Assembly (NCBI GenBank): GCA_963707025.1
Contig: CAVPOM010000006.1
Location: forward strand, 640,001 to 704,000
Length of the DNA stretch: 64,000 nt
DNA from: an uncultured Verrucomicrobiae bacterium
Lineage (GTDB): Bacteria > Verrucomicrobiota > Verrucomicrobiia > Limisphaerales > Palsa-1400
Direction: 5' to 3'
Under the pieces are notes generated by a model, which saw nothing but the letters and a program-made list of their open reading frames with translations, was not told the origin of the DNA and made no database searches. Positions 42,930 to 52,159 of this stretch are shown in pieces (the first letter of the stretch is position 1; each line of letters opens with the position of its first letter). The position numbers and the translations under genes are program-made.

Positions 42930-44084
42930 ATGAGCCAGACGCCCTTTCCAGACAGATTAGATCGCATGGCCAACCGCGCGCTGATCATCCTTTTCCTGGC
43001 GCTGCTTTGGCTGCCGACGCTCGACTCCCTCTGGCATCTGGACCGATGCCCGCCGCCAAATGAAAAGCGCAAACTGGCGGATTTCCCGGACTATAAAGGC
43101 CCGAAGAACGCCGGGGCGTATGTGGCCTCGTTGGAGCGATACTTTGACGACCATTTTGGTTTTCGCAAGCAACTGGTGCGCTGGAATAACGACTGGAAGA
43201 TTAAGATCTTTCACGAACCACTGATCGGCCTGGCCCTGCAAGGGCGCGCTGGCTGGCTCTACTGGGCAGGAGACCGCATGCTGGCCAATTACGAGGGAAC
43301 ACTGCGCTTCACCCAACAGGATTTGGAAGACTGGCAGAAACTTCTGGAAACCAGGCGCGACTGGCTTAAAGCGCGCGGGCATAAATATGTTTTCGTCATC
43401 GCCCCCGACAAACAATCCATTTATCCGGAGTATCTCCCGGAATGGGTGGTAAGAAGCGGCCAACCCTCCAAATTGGACCAACTCCTCGCCTACATGCGCG
43501 CGCACTCCACCGTGGAAGTGCTCGACTTGCGCCCCGTCCTCACAGCCGCCAAAAAAGACGGGCCGACCTTCCTGCAAACCGACACGCACTGGAACCAATT
43601 CGGCGCCTTTGTCGCCTGCCAGCAATTGGTCCTGACTCTGCAACGTCAATTGCCCGGAATGAAACCGCTGCCATTGGACGCGTTTGACCGTAAGAACATC
43701 GTCGGCCGGGGTGGTGATCTGGCGGTCTGCCTCGAACAGGAAGATGTGATTCAGGAAACTCAAGAGGTGGTTTTCACACCGCGCTGGCCCTTGTCTCCAT
43801 TGCGGCCAGTCAACGCCGGATCCATTGGCCAACCGCCGGGAACAGCCGTGGTCCTCACCCGAAACCCCAACGCCGTTGGCAAAGTTATCTTGTTTCGAGA
43901 CTCTTTTGCCGAGGCGTGGCTGCCCTTTTTGGGTTATCACTTCAATGAAGCGATATACCTGCGGCAAGAAGGATGGAACAAGCAATTCCTCGAGAGGGAA
44001 GAACCTGACGTCGTCATAGACGAAATGGTGGAACGGCTGTTCAACAATCAAAATCCCAGGAAGTTGCTCCAATCGGATGGTTAA
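42930..44084 (+). CDS. algJ: AlgJ/AlgX-like SGNH O-acetyltransferase
   Basis: Single N-terminal TM, APDKQSIYPE, TDTHWN and RDSF. Confidence 0.85.
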   Translation: MSQTPFPDRLDRMANRALIILFLALLWLPTLDSLWHLDRCPPPNEKRKLADFPDYKGPKNAGAYVASLERYFDDHFGFRKQLVRWNNDWKIKIFHEPLIGLALQGRAGWLYWAGDRMLANYEGTLRFTQQDLEDWQKLLETRRDWLKARGHKYVFVIAPDKQSIYPEYLPEWVVRSGQPSKLDQLLAYMRAHSTVEVLDLRPVLTAAKKDGPTFLQTDTHWNQFGAFVACQQLVLTLQRQLPGMKPLPLDAFDRKNIVGRGGDLAVCLEQEDVIQETQEVVFTPRWPLSPLRPVNAGSIGQPPGTAVVLTRNPNAVGKVILFRDSFAEAWLPFLGYHFNEAIYLRQEGWNKQFLEREEPDVVIDEMVERLFNNQNPRKLLQSDG

Positions 44085-44137
44085 CCTGAAGGAAGGAGAC
44101 GCACATGGTCAGTGCCGCAGACTCCAAACCCAGGCAC

Positions 44138-44385
44138 TCACTCCCGGCTTTTCGAATCCAGGAGGATGGTCACAGGGCCGTCGTTGGTCAGACTGACCTT
44201 CATGTCCGCGCCAAATTGGCCCGTTTGAATGCTCCTTCCCAAATCTGCCGTCAACTGGCGGATGAATTCCTCGTAAAGCGGAACCGCCAACTCCGGGCGG
44301 GCCGACCGGCTGAAGGAAGGGCGGTTGCCCTTCTTCGTGCTGGCCAAAAGGGTGAACTGGGCGGATCGTGATACCACCACCGCGC
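44138..44385 (-). pseudogene. dtd: D-aminoacyl-tRNA deacylase, C-terminal half only
   Basis: [16 protein letters not shown]...[19 protein letters not shown]. The N-terminal half is absent and the SQFTL motif reads SRSAQFTL. Confidence 0.85.
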
Positions 44386-44547
44386 GAATTGACAATTTCC
44401 TCGCCGCACGAAGTGGGGAAAGGCTTGCGGCCCGGTTGGCTTGACGCACTCCAATGCTCTCATCAGAAATCCTCTCTGTTTCCGCTGTTTTCGGTTCATC
44501 CCGTCTGTTGTTCTTGGGTTATTGGTGCAGAGTGAGGTGCATTTTAG

Positions 44548-44638
44548 CCGTTACACCGTTACACCTGTTGCACCACAAGCACTTACGCATTTTCGAGCCG
44601 TTACAATGGCCGTTACACCCCCGTTACATGCCGTTACA
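44548..44638 (+). repeat. Cluster of six CCGTTACA direct repeats
   Basis: Exact copies at 44548, 44556, 44598, 44610, 44621 and 44631. Confidence 0.85.
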
Positions 44639-44774
44639 TCTGCGGAGGTGTTAAAACAGCCATTCTTTGTACCATATTATCGGTAACACCTTCCAGCGCT
44701 GGCGTTTCCATGATGACGGCCATGCGGCGCCCGTACTGCCGGGGCACTGGCCCGGCAGAAGATCGCGTCCGCCT

Positions 44775-44833
44775 CCTGTTCCCTCTCCGCTCCCATCGGA
44801 TGGGAGGGGAGAGGGAACAGGGTGAGGTGAGGG
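44775..44833 (-). repeat. REP-like hairpin (CCCTCACC...CCCTCTCC...GGAGAGGG type)
   Basis: About 22-bp stem CCTGTTCCCTCTCC-G-CTCCCATC / GATGGGAG-G-GGAGAGGGAACAGG with a GTGAGG tail. Confidence 0.75.
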
Positions 44834-45198
44834 TTCACGGAAGAGAACCTGTCCTCCCTTCTGGCTGCCGTCCCACCATCCAGGGATTTAAAGCCCAAAG
44901 AACCCTTCCCGCAGCGCGGCCAGTCGCAACCAAAGAAGTTGAACAGGAGCAAACGGAGAAAGCGGAGAAGGAAAAATTTTGCCAGAAATGCGCAATTCTT
45001 AGACAGCAGGGCAGAGGGTTGCGCCGCCGTGGATATTTCCGAAATGACTTCCGGGGGCAAATCGCCTGTGTCGCGCCCAGACACCCATCGCCCCACAGCC
45101 GACATGCCAGCGAAGGCCGGAGACGGTTGCAGCACCGACTGACAAATCCGTAAGAAAGCTTCCATTTCAGCAAACAACGATGTAAAAACCATCCAAAC

Positions 45199-48100
45199 AT
45201 GCCAAAACACGATTCACTGGACCAATTGATTTCAAGGAAAGCGGCCGAATATGCCGACCAAATCAAGGCGGCGGCGGCGATGGCAGCCAACGAGGAGGAA
45301 ATTCGCATCGAATCGGAGAGGCAGTTGGCCTTCATTGAAAAGGCGGCTGACGTTAAGCTGGAGGGCCGGCACGAGTTCACCGTTGCAAGCGGACGCATTG
45401 ATTCGGTTTACTCCCGTGTCATCATTGAATACAAGAATCCCAAAAGTCCGGGTGATCGCATCGGGCCGAAGGCGGACTCGCCGGGCAGCAAGAAGGTCGT
45501 CGAGCAGATCAAAAAGCGGTTTTACGACTTGCGGGCACAGCACGGCCAACCGATGAATTCACTTTTCGGCGTCGGCCTGGATGGGAATCACTTCATCTTC
45601 GTCCGCTTCCGGGACGAGAAGTGGCAAGTGCAAGAGCCGGTCGAGGTCAATCGCCATTCCGCCGAGCGTTTCCTTTGGGCGCTGTTCAACCTCGGTAACA
45701 AGGGCAAGGCGTTCACGGCGGAATATCTTGCGGGGGACTTTGGGTCGGAAGGCGGCAATACTGTCGCCATCGCTGGAATTCACGCGCTCTACCGTGCCAT
45801 CATTACCACGGACAATCCGAAGGCGCAGACATTCTTCAGCCAGTGGAAAATTCTTTTCGGTGAAGTTTGTGGATACGACGTGGAGAACCCTTCCGACAAA
45901 ATCAAGAAGCTCGCGGAGTTCTATCAGGTGGGTGTGAAAAACCTGAAACCAGCCGAACTGCTCTTTGCGGTTCACACTTACTACGCCCTGTTTATGAAGT
46001 TGCTGGCATCGGAAATCGTCGCTTTTTTTCACAAGCTGCCGACGCCGTTGCAGAAAATGATGCAGGCCGGTACGAGCGCCAAGCTCAAGCGCGAGATGGA
46101 CGACCTCGAAGCTGGCAGTATCTTCCGCCACCTCAACATCACCAACTTTCTGGAAGGCGACCTCTTCGCATGGTATACTGGCGTTTGGACGGAGCCGATC
46201 GAGAAACTCGTGCGCGCAATGGTGGCGCGGCTGGACAACTATAATCCAGGCACGCTCTCGGAAGACCCTGCGGATAGTCGCGATTTGCTCAAAAAACTTT
46301 ACCAGCAACTTTTTCCCAAGAGCGTCCGCCACGACCTCGGAGAATACTACACGCCCGACTGGCTCGCTGAACACGTCCTCAATGAACTCAGGTACACGGG
46401 GGACCCCGACAAACGATTGCTTGATCCCGCTGGTGGTTCGGGAACTTTTGTTGTGATGGCTATCAACCGCATCCGGCGATGGTATGACCTTAACCGGGAG
46501 AAATGCCGCTTCGACGAAGGCGAACTCTGCCGGAAGATTCTCGCAAACGTCATGGCCTTCGACCTCAATCCGCTCGCGGTGATGGCCTCGCGTACCAACT
46601 ACCTCATTGCTATTCGCGACCTCATTGGCCGCGTGGATAAAGTGGAGATTCCGGTTTACCTATGCGATTCGATTATGACCCCCTCTGAATACGGTGGCTT
46701 GTTCGTCGGCGGCTTGGGCAAAGCCAGAAAGTTGAAGACTGCGCCGACGACCTTCATCATTCCGACCGAGATTGCCACGAATCGCGACGATGTTTCGATG
46801 TATGCCGATCAATTAGAGTCTAGCGTTCGCAACGGCGATTCGCCAGAGGAGTTCATTCAGCGCTGCCGCGACGAGGGACTTCCAATCAGCGAACATACCC
46901 TTCACACCAGGCTATATTGCGAGCTAGTGAAGCTGGACAAGGCAAACAAAAACGGAGTGTGGGCACGGATTATTAAGAATGCGTTTGCGCCCCTATTTAT
47001 CGGCAAGGTTGATTATGTCGCCGGGAATCCTCCTTGGGTAAATTGGGAGAGCCTTCCCGCCGAATATCGGGAAGCCACAAAACCGTTGTGGACTCGGTAT
47101 GGTCTTTTCACGTTGAAGGGACACGCAGCTCGACTTGGGGGTGGTAAAAAGGACATCTCAATGCTTTTTGTTTACCTCTGTCTTGACAACTATCTCGTAG
47201 AGTCGGGCCTGCTGGGATTCGTTATCACTCAAACGCTCTTCAAGACACGTGAGGCAGGGGATGGATTCAGGAATTTCTCCTTTCACCGAGACGGAAAGAT
47301 CATTCACATCAACCCGGTCAACGTCATAGACATGACGGAACTGCATCCGTTCGAGGGAGCGACGAACCGAACTGCGAGCTTTCTTTGCGGGACTTCGGCA
47401 ACTGCGACCGTCTGGCCGGTGAAATACGAAACTTGGTCGCCGAAGGCGGGGGCGAGAATCAGCGAAAGTTCAGATTTCGAAGATGTCAGTCGCTCTGTCA
47501 CGAGACGGCGGATGGGTGCAATTCCTATGCTTCCGGGAATCATAAATTCAGCCTGGTTGACAGCTCCACCCAAGGCGATCCCCGGACTGAAAAAGGTCAT
47601 GGGCAAGAGTCATATAAAGGCACATGCCGGTGTCTGCACGTGGATGAACGGCGTTTTCTGGCTTAAATCTGTGACTCCTATTCGGCCGGGTTGCGTGCGC
47701 ATTCTCAATTGGCACGATGTAGGGAAGATCAAAGTGGATTCAGTTGACACCGTTGTCGAGGCGGATTTGATTTACCCCCTTCTTCGTGGGCGCGATGTGC
47801 ATCGCTGGGTGAGCAAACCTTCCACTCACATCCTTTTGACCCAAGACCCCACGACGCGCAGCGGCATCGCGCAAAGCGAAATGAAGAATAGATTTCGCCT
47901 CTCTCATGAGTATTTGCTCAAGTTTGAGTCAATTCTGCGCAGGCGATCTGGATATGTGAAGTACTTCGATCCGAAGAAAGACCCCTTTTGGACGATCTAT
48001 AATGTGGGAGAGTATTCGGTTTCTCCGTACCGTGTCCTGTTCAAGGAACTAACAGACTTCTTCCAATGTGCGGTTGTTGAATCCAGCAAAAAACCCGCCG

Positions 48101-48501
48101 TCGCCGACACGAAGTTGCGCTTCATTGAGTGCGGGTCATCGGAGGAAGCCCATTTTCTTTGCGGGCTGCTGAATTCCGCGCCTGCCGTGCTGTTCCTGTA
48201 TTGCACGGCCACATGGGTTCAAACAGCCGATTATCAAGCCAGCGATATTTCGCGGCTGGCGCTGCCCAGATTCGCACAGTCAAACAAGCTCCACACTCAA
48301 ATCTGCCGTTGCTCCGAGGAGTGCCACAAGGTGGTAGCCCAGGGAAATCGCTCAGAGCTTGAGAAGTTTGAGCGCAAGTTAGATGAGGCGGCGGCTCAAC
48401 TTTGGGGCATCACTAAAGACGAACTTAACGGCATCGAGGAATCGCTTGCCAATTTTGGATTTTCCGCCAATTACGAGGATGATGAAGAGGACGACGAATA
48501 A
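45199..48501 (+). CDS. Type IIG-like restriction-modification protein (PD-(D/E)xK nuclease + N6-adenine MTase + TRD)
   Basis: GRID...VIIEYK nuclease, GEYYTP, motif I LLDPAGGSGTF, motif IV GNPPW and a TRD-like C-terminus (YPLLRGRDV..W, GLLNS). Confidence 0.9.
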   Translation: MPKHDSLDQLISRKAAEYADQIKAAAAMAANEEEIRIESERQLAFIEKAADVKLEGRHEFTVASGRIDSVYSRVIIEYKNPKSPGDRIGPKADSPGSKKVVEQIKKRFYDLRAQHGQPMNSLFGVGLDGNHFIFVRFRDEKWQVQEPVEVNRHSAERFLWALFNLGNKGKAFTAEYLAGDFGSEGGNTVAIAGIHALYRAIITTDNPKAQTFFSQWKILFGEVCGYDVENPSDKIKKLAEFYQVGVKNLKPAELLFAVHTYYALFMKLLASEIVAFFHKLPTPLQKMMQAGTSAKLKREMDDLEAGSIFRHLNITNFLEGDLFAWYTGVWTEPIEKLVRAMVARLDNYNPGTLSEDPADSRDLLKKLYQQLFPKSVRHDLGEYYTPDWLAEHVLNELRYTGDPDKRLLDPAGGSGTFVVMAINRIRRWYDLNREKCRFDEGELCRKILANVMAFDLNPLAVMASRTNYLIAIRDLIGRVDKVEIPVYLCDSIMTPSEYGGLFVGGLGKARKLKTAPTTFIIPTEIATNRDDVSMYADQLESSVRNGDSPEEFIQRCRDEGLPISEHTLHTRLYCELVKLDKANKNGVWARIIKNAFAPLFIGKVDYVAGNPPWVNWESLPAEYREATKPLWTRYGLFTLKGHAARLGGGKKDISMLFVYLCLDNYLVESGLLGFVITQTLFKTREAGDGFRNFSFHRDGKIIHINPVNVIDMTELHPFEGATNRTASFLCGTSATATVWPVKYETWSPKAGARISESSDFEDVSRSVTRRRMGAIPMLPGIINSAWLTAPPKAIPGLKKVMGKSHIKAHAGVCTWMNGVFWLKSVTPIRPGCVRILNWHDVGKIKVDSVDTVVEADLIYPLLRGRDVHRWVSKPSTHILLTQDPTTRSGIAQSEMKNRFRLSHEYLLKFESILRRRSGYVKYFDPKKDPFWTIYNVGEYSVSPYRVLFKELTDFFQCAVVESSKKPAVADTKLRFIECGSSEEAHFLCGLLNSAPAVLFLYCTATWVQTADYQASDISRLALPRFAQSNKLHTQICRCSEECHKVVAQGNRSELEKFERKLDEAAAQLWGITKDELNGIEESLANFGFSANYEDDEEDDE

Positions 48502-51500
48502 TGCTCCGTGTTGATTACATTGACAACTTTGAAACCAAAGCGCTCGATGCCATTCGCGATTTATCGGCCGAGGCCGAGCGTGTGGACATTGCGGTGGCGT
48601 TCCTGTCGTACCGAGGTTGGATTGAACTCAAACCCACTTTGACGGCGGTGGTGTCGCGCGGTGGACGGCTTCGTGTCATCGTGCGGCGCGACGTGCGGCA
48701 GAACAGCGCGGAGGCGGTCGAAGAATTCTTTCGGTTGCCCAACACGCAGATTGCCTTTGGGTTGGAGGACGTGGCGTTTCATCCCAAGGATTACCTTTTT
48801 CACGAAGGTAAACGCCTGACGGTGCTGACTTCTTCCGCCAACGCGACTTATGCGGGGCTGACCCACAACGATGAGGGCGGGGCAATCATTAGGCACGCCG
48901 AAATCGCGACTGATGAAGCGGCGCAGAAGGCCATCGGCATTTTTGAGCGCCGCTGGCACAATGCTACGCTCCTGAATGAGAAGGTGTTAGCCGCGTTCAA
49001 GACGGAGGCTATTGCACCTGCGTTTGCCGAAGGCGAATTTGTTCGCAGCACAAACGAGCTCTACAAGGAATACGGCATCGGCCGCATTCAAAAGGCGCGC
49101 GGGGCGCAGGCGAAGGTGGAGTTTAATCCTTCGGTGTTCATGCCGCCGCCGTACCGCTCGGAAAACAAAATCCTGCATCTGGCGGAGATTGAACACGTCG
49201 AAACGCCGTTGGACCGGGCGGCGCGTGGCCAGTGGGACGAGCCCTGGCGGTTCGAGTTGAAGATGCTGGCGGCACGGTTTCTGACGGGCAACAAGGGAGG
49301 CCAGCTTTCCAACGCCCGCACGGAGATTCTGCCGCACCAGATTTTTGCGGCGTACCGGGTGGTTTCCAGCGCGCGGCGGCGTTTCCTCTTGGCGGATGAA
49401 GTCGGCTTGGGCAAGACAATTGAGGCGGGAATGATCTGGCAGGCATTGTCGCAGCGCGGGCAGGCCCGGCGGACGTTGATCATTACGCCGGCGGGTTTGA
49501 CGACGCAGTGGCAGGAGGAAATGCAGGACAAGTTCGATACGGTGTTTCAAATCTTTGGCCGTGATTTCGCAGCCATCAATCCGCGCATCTGGGATTTCCA
49601 GGCGACGGCCATCGCTTCCATTGACACCCTCAAGCGGGCCGAGCACAAGAGGGTGTTGTTGGAAAACCGCAAGTGGGACTTGATAATCTTTGACGAAGCG
49701 CACCGTCTCAGCGCGGTGGACTATGGTTCGGGGAAGACCGAGAAGACGCAAAACTACCGCCTGGCAGAGGAAGTGAGCCAGAAACACTACTCGGATGCGT
49801 TACTGCTCCTCACAGCGACACCGCATCAGGGCGAGGAGAACAATAGCCGTTTCAAGAACCTCGTTTCGCTGCTGGAGGAAAATGTTAATTTCGCCGGGCT
49901 GGAAGAGGCCGGTCTTTTCGATAAGAGCGGACTGCCGTTCACGGAATTGGTCATACGCACGCCAAAGAAGGACGTGACGGACGCGAACGGACGGAAAGTA
50001 TTCAAGGGGCGGCAGACACACCGGCTGCCTTTCAAGATGCATCCTGACGAGGAAAAGTTTTACAAGGCCGTTTCAGAGTACATCCGCGACGGCTACCAAA
50101 TGTTGGAGCGTGTGAATGATCCGATGCGCCGACGCGCCGCTGGATTTTTGTTGACCACTTTTCAGAAGCTCAATGCCAGTTCCACGGCAGCCATCAAGTC
50201 TGCCTTGTCAAAGCGGCTTGGCCGACTCAAGGGCCAACTGGCCAAGCTGCCGCCTCAAGAAGAGGAGGAAGAAAAGGAGCAGGACGAGCGGTACGAGGGG
50301 GAAAATGAAGAGAAGGAGGCATTACAAGACGACACCGCGATTTTGAAAGATGAGATTGAGCGGGTGGAATCGCTGGTTGCAATCAACACCAAACACGACA
50401 AGAAGCTCGACGAATTGATGCGTTTGACTGACCACATCGCGACGGAAAGCCCCCGCGCACGCGAGGAAAAGGTTCTCATCTTCACAGAATACCGCGAGAC
50501 GCAGCGCTACATCGTGCGAGAGTTGGAGGCCAAGTATGGCAAAGGCTCGGTGGTCGTCATCCACGGAGACATGAAATTGGAGCGGCGCGAAGAAGCCGAC
50601 ATGGAAGCCGAAGCGGTCTGGCAACCATTTGCCAAGGACGGCGCGTTGGTTGCGCCAACCACCAAGCGGACGAGCCAGCGGTTGTTCCGCGATCATGCTG
50701 AAGTGCGTTTCTTGGTTTCGACAGAGGCCGGCGGGGAAGGCATCAACCTACAGTTCTGCCACATTTGCGTGAACTATGACCTTCCGTGGAACCCGATGCG
50801 GGTCGAGCAGCGTGTCGGGCGAATTTACCGATATGGGCAGGATAAGGTCGTGCAAGTGTATCACTTCTTTAACAAGGGCACGGTTGAAGAAAAGGTACAA
50901 TCGTATTTTGAGGAACGATTGGACCGCGCCGCGATTGCACTGGCCAAGGTGACAGGCGAGAACCCGGAAGAAATCAAGGGCACATTGAACGGCCAACTCG
51001 AAAGCGAAATTGACCCGACCAGGATTTACAAACGGGCGCTGGTGGAAGGAAACCTGAACAAGCAAACCCAGAAGGAAATCGCGGAAGCGGTCGAGCGTGC
51101 CAAGCGCGCTTTCGAGATTGCCACGCAAAGCCTGTTCCGCGATGTGTCGAGCTATTCGTTCGACAACTACCGGCGTGAAATTGCCACGGAACTCACACTC
51201 AACGATTTACAGCGCTTCACCGAGCGTTTTCTCGGAAAGCATCGCCGCCAACTCCAAGCCAGGGGGCCGTTTGTCGAGTTTATAGTTCCAGACGTATTGA
51301 GAGAATTCGACCTTCCCGAACGCTACCAGGAGGCGACCTTTGACCGAGAACTGGCGATCAAGCGCACGGACGCGCAGTTCATGGCCGTCGGCCATCCGTT
51401 CGTTGACGCGACCCTCTCGTATGTCGGCTCCTATGACTTCGGCGGCCTGACAGCAATCCGCCAGATCAACGAACCGGCCCTGGCCGGCCGCTCCGGTTAT

Positions 51501-51788
51501 CTCTTTGCGTTTGTTTTGCTCCAACGCGTGAACCGCGAAGATGGCGACGAATGTCTTTTTCAATTCCAGCCTGTCTTTGTATCCGCCGATGGACAAGTTG
51601 ACAAATCCGCGCTCGCGGCGGCGGTGGCGATGGAAGCTGCCGAGAGGCCAACATCGAAAATATCCCCGCCTGATCCATCACCCGCATTTGAAATCGCCAA
51701 GCGCCACATCGAAGAAACGCTCAATCTGTGGGATTGGACTGAGGAAGTGGAATTCCTCGGATTGAGTTGGGTTGAGTTTGTCCGATAA
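48501..51788 (+). CDS. PLD-family nuclease fused to an SNF2/RapA(DrmD)-like helicase
   Basis: FHPKDYLF...SSANAT..G...NDE (PLD). Then LADEVGLGKT, DEAH, LLTATP, STEAGGEGINLQ, NYDLPWNP and QRVGRIYRYGQ. TAATG overlap with the MTase gene. Confidence 0.9.
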   Translation: MLRVDYIDNFETKALDAIRDLSAEAERVDIAVAFLSYRGWIELKPTLTAVVSRGGRLRVIVRRDVRQNSAEAVEEFFRLPNTQIAFGLEDVAFHPKDYLFHEGKRLTVLTSSANATYAGLTHNDEGGAIIRHAEIATDEAAQKAIGIFERRWHNATLLNEKVLAAFKTEAIAPAFAEGEFVRSTNELYKEYGIGRIQKARGAQAKVEFNPSVFMPPPYRSENKILHLAEIEHVETPLDRAARGQWDEPWRFELKMLAARFLTGNKGGQLSNARTEILPHQIFAAYRVVSSARRRFLLADEVGLGKTIEAGMIWQALSQRGQARRTLIITPAGLTTQWQEEMQDKFDTVFQIFGRDFAAINPRIWDFQATAIASIDTLKRAEHKRVLLENRKWDLIIFDEAHRLSAVDYGSGKTEKTQNYRLAEEVSQKHYSDALLLLTATPHQGEENNSRFKNLVSLLEENVNFAGLEEAGLFDKSGLPFTELVIRTPKKDVTDANGRKVFKGRQTHRLPFKMHPDEEKFYKAVSEYIRDGYQMLERVNDPMRRRAAGFLLTTFQKLNASSTAAIKSALSKRLGRLKGQLAKLPPQEEEEEKEQDERYEGENEEKEALQDDTAILKDEIERVESLVAINTKHDKKLDELMRLTDHIATESPRAREEKVLIFTEYRETQRYIVRELEAKYGKGSVVVIHGDMKLERREEADMEAEAVWQPFAKDGALVAPTTKRTSQRLFRDHAEVRFLVSTEAGGEGINLQFCHICVNYDLPWNPMRVEQRVGRIYRYGQDKVVQVYHFFNKGTVEEKVQSYFEERLDRAAIALAKVTGENPEEIKGTLNGQLESEIDPTRIYKRALVEGNLNKQTQKEIAEAVERAKRAFEIATQSLFRDVSSYSFDNYRREIATELTLNDLQRFTERFLGKHRRQLQARGPFVEFIVPDVLREFDLPERYQEATFDRELAIKRTDAQFMAVGHPFVDATLSYVGSYDFGGLTAIRQINEPALAGRSGYLFAFVLLQRVNREDGDECLFQFQPVFVSADGQVDKSALAAAVAMEAAERPTSKISPPDPSPAFEIAKRHIEETLNLWDWTEEVEFLGLSWVEFVR

Positions 51789-51944
51789 AAGGGTCTAAAA
51801 GGGGAAAATGGGTCGTACGGTAGCTTTGTCCATTCAGAAGCCTGCTTTGCCGAGAATGAGCCGTTTGATTGCACTTGAAAGGCTATCCTCGTCCGCTAAA
51901 GCAATTTCATGAAAACTGTGGCCGCACGGAAGCCGACCGAAAGG

Positions 51945-51986
51945 CCTCCTCTCCCCGGCCCTCTCCTCCCGTGGAGGAGAGGGAGA
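51945..51986 (+). repeat. REP-like hairpin
   Basis: CCTCTCCCCGG followed by a perfect 11-bp stem CCCTCTCCTCC-CGT-GGAGGAGAGGG. Confidence 0.75.
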
Positions 51987-52159
51987 ATTGGAGGAATTCA
52001 GCGCTGCGCGGAGATGAAAGGCTCGTCCTCACGCCCTCCTTGGCCAAGGCTTGCGCCTTCGCCGGGCCTTCCAAGGAGCCCGGATGGGAGGGATGGGACA
52101 TATAGGACCAATGGGACGAATGGCACAGTTGGTATCTTCCAAAATCCGGCGGCACAAGT

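Noticed and set aside
44548..44638. Possible CRISPR array
   Set aside because: 8-bp units with 0-34 nt irregular spacing and no cas genes. I saw no CRISPR array in the window.
45199..51788. Calling the cassette a complete DISARM or BREX system
   Set aside because: No drmA/drmB (DUF1998), pglZ or brxC in the flanks.
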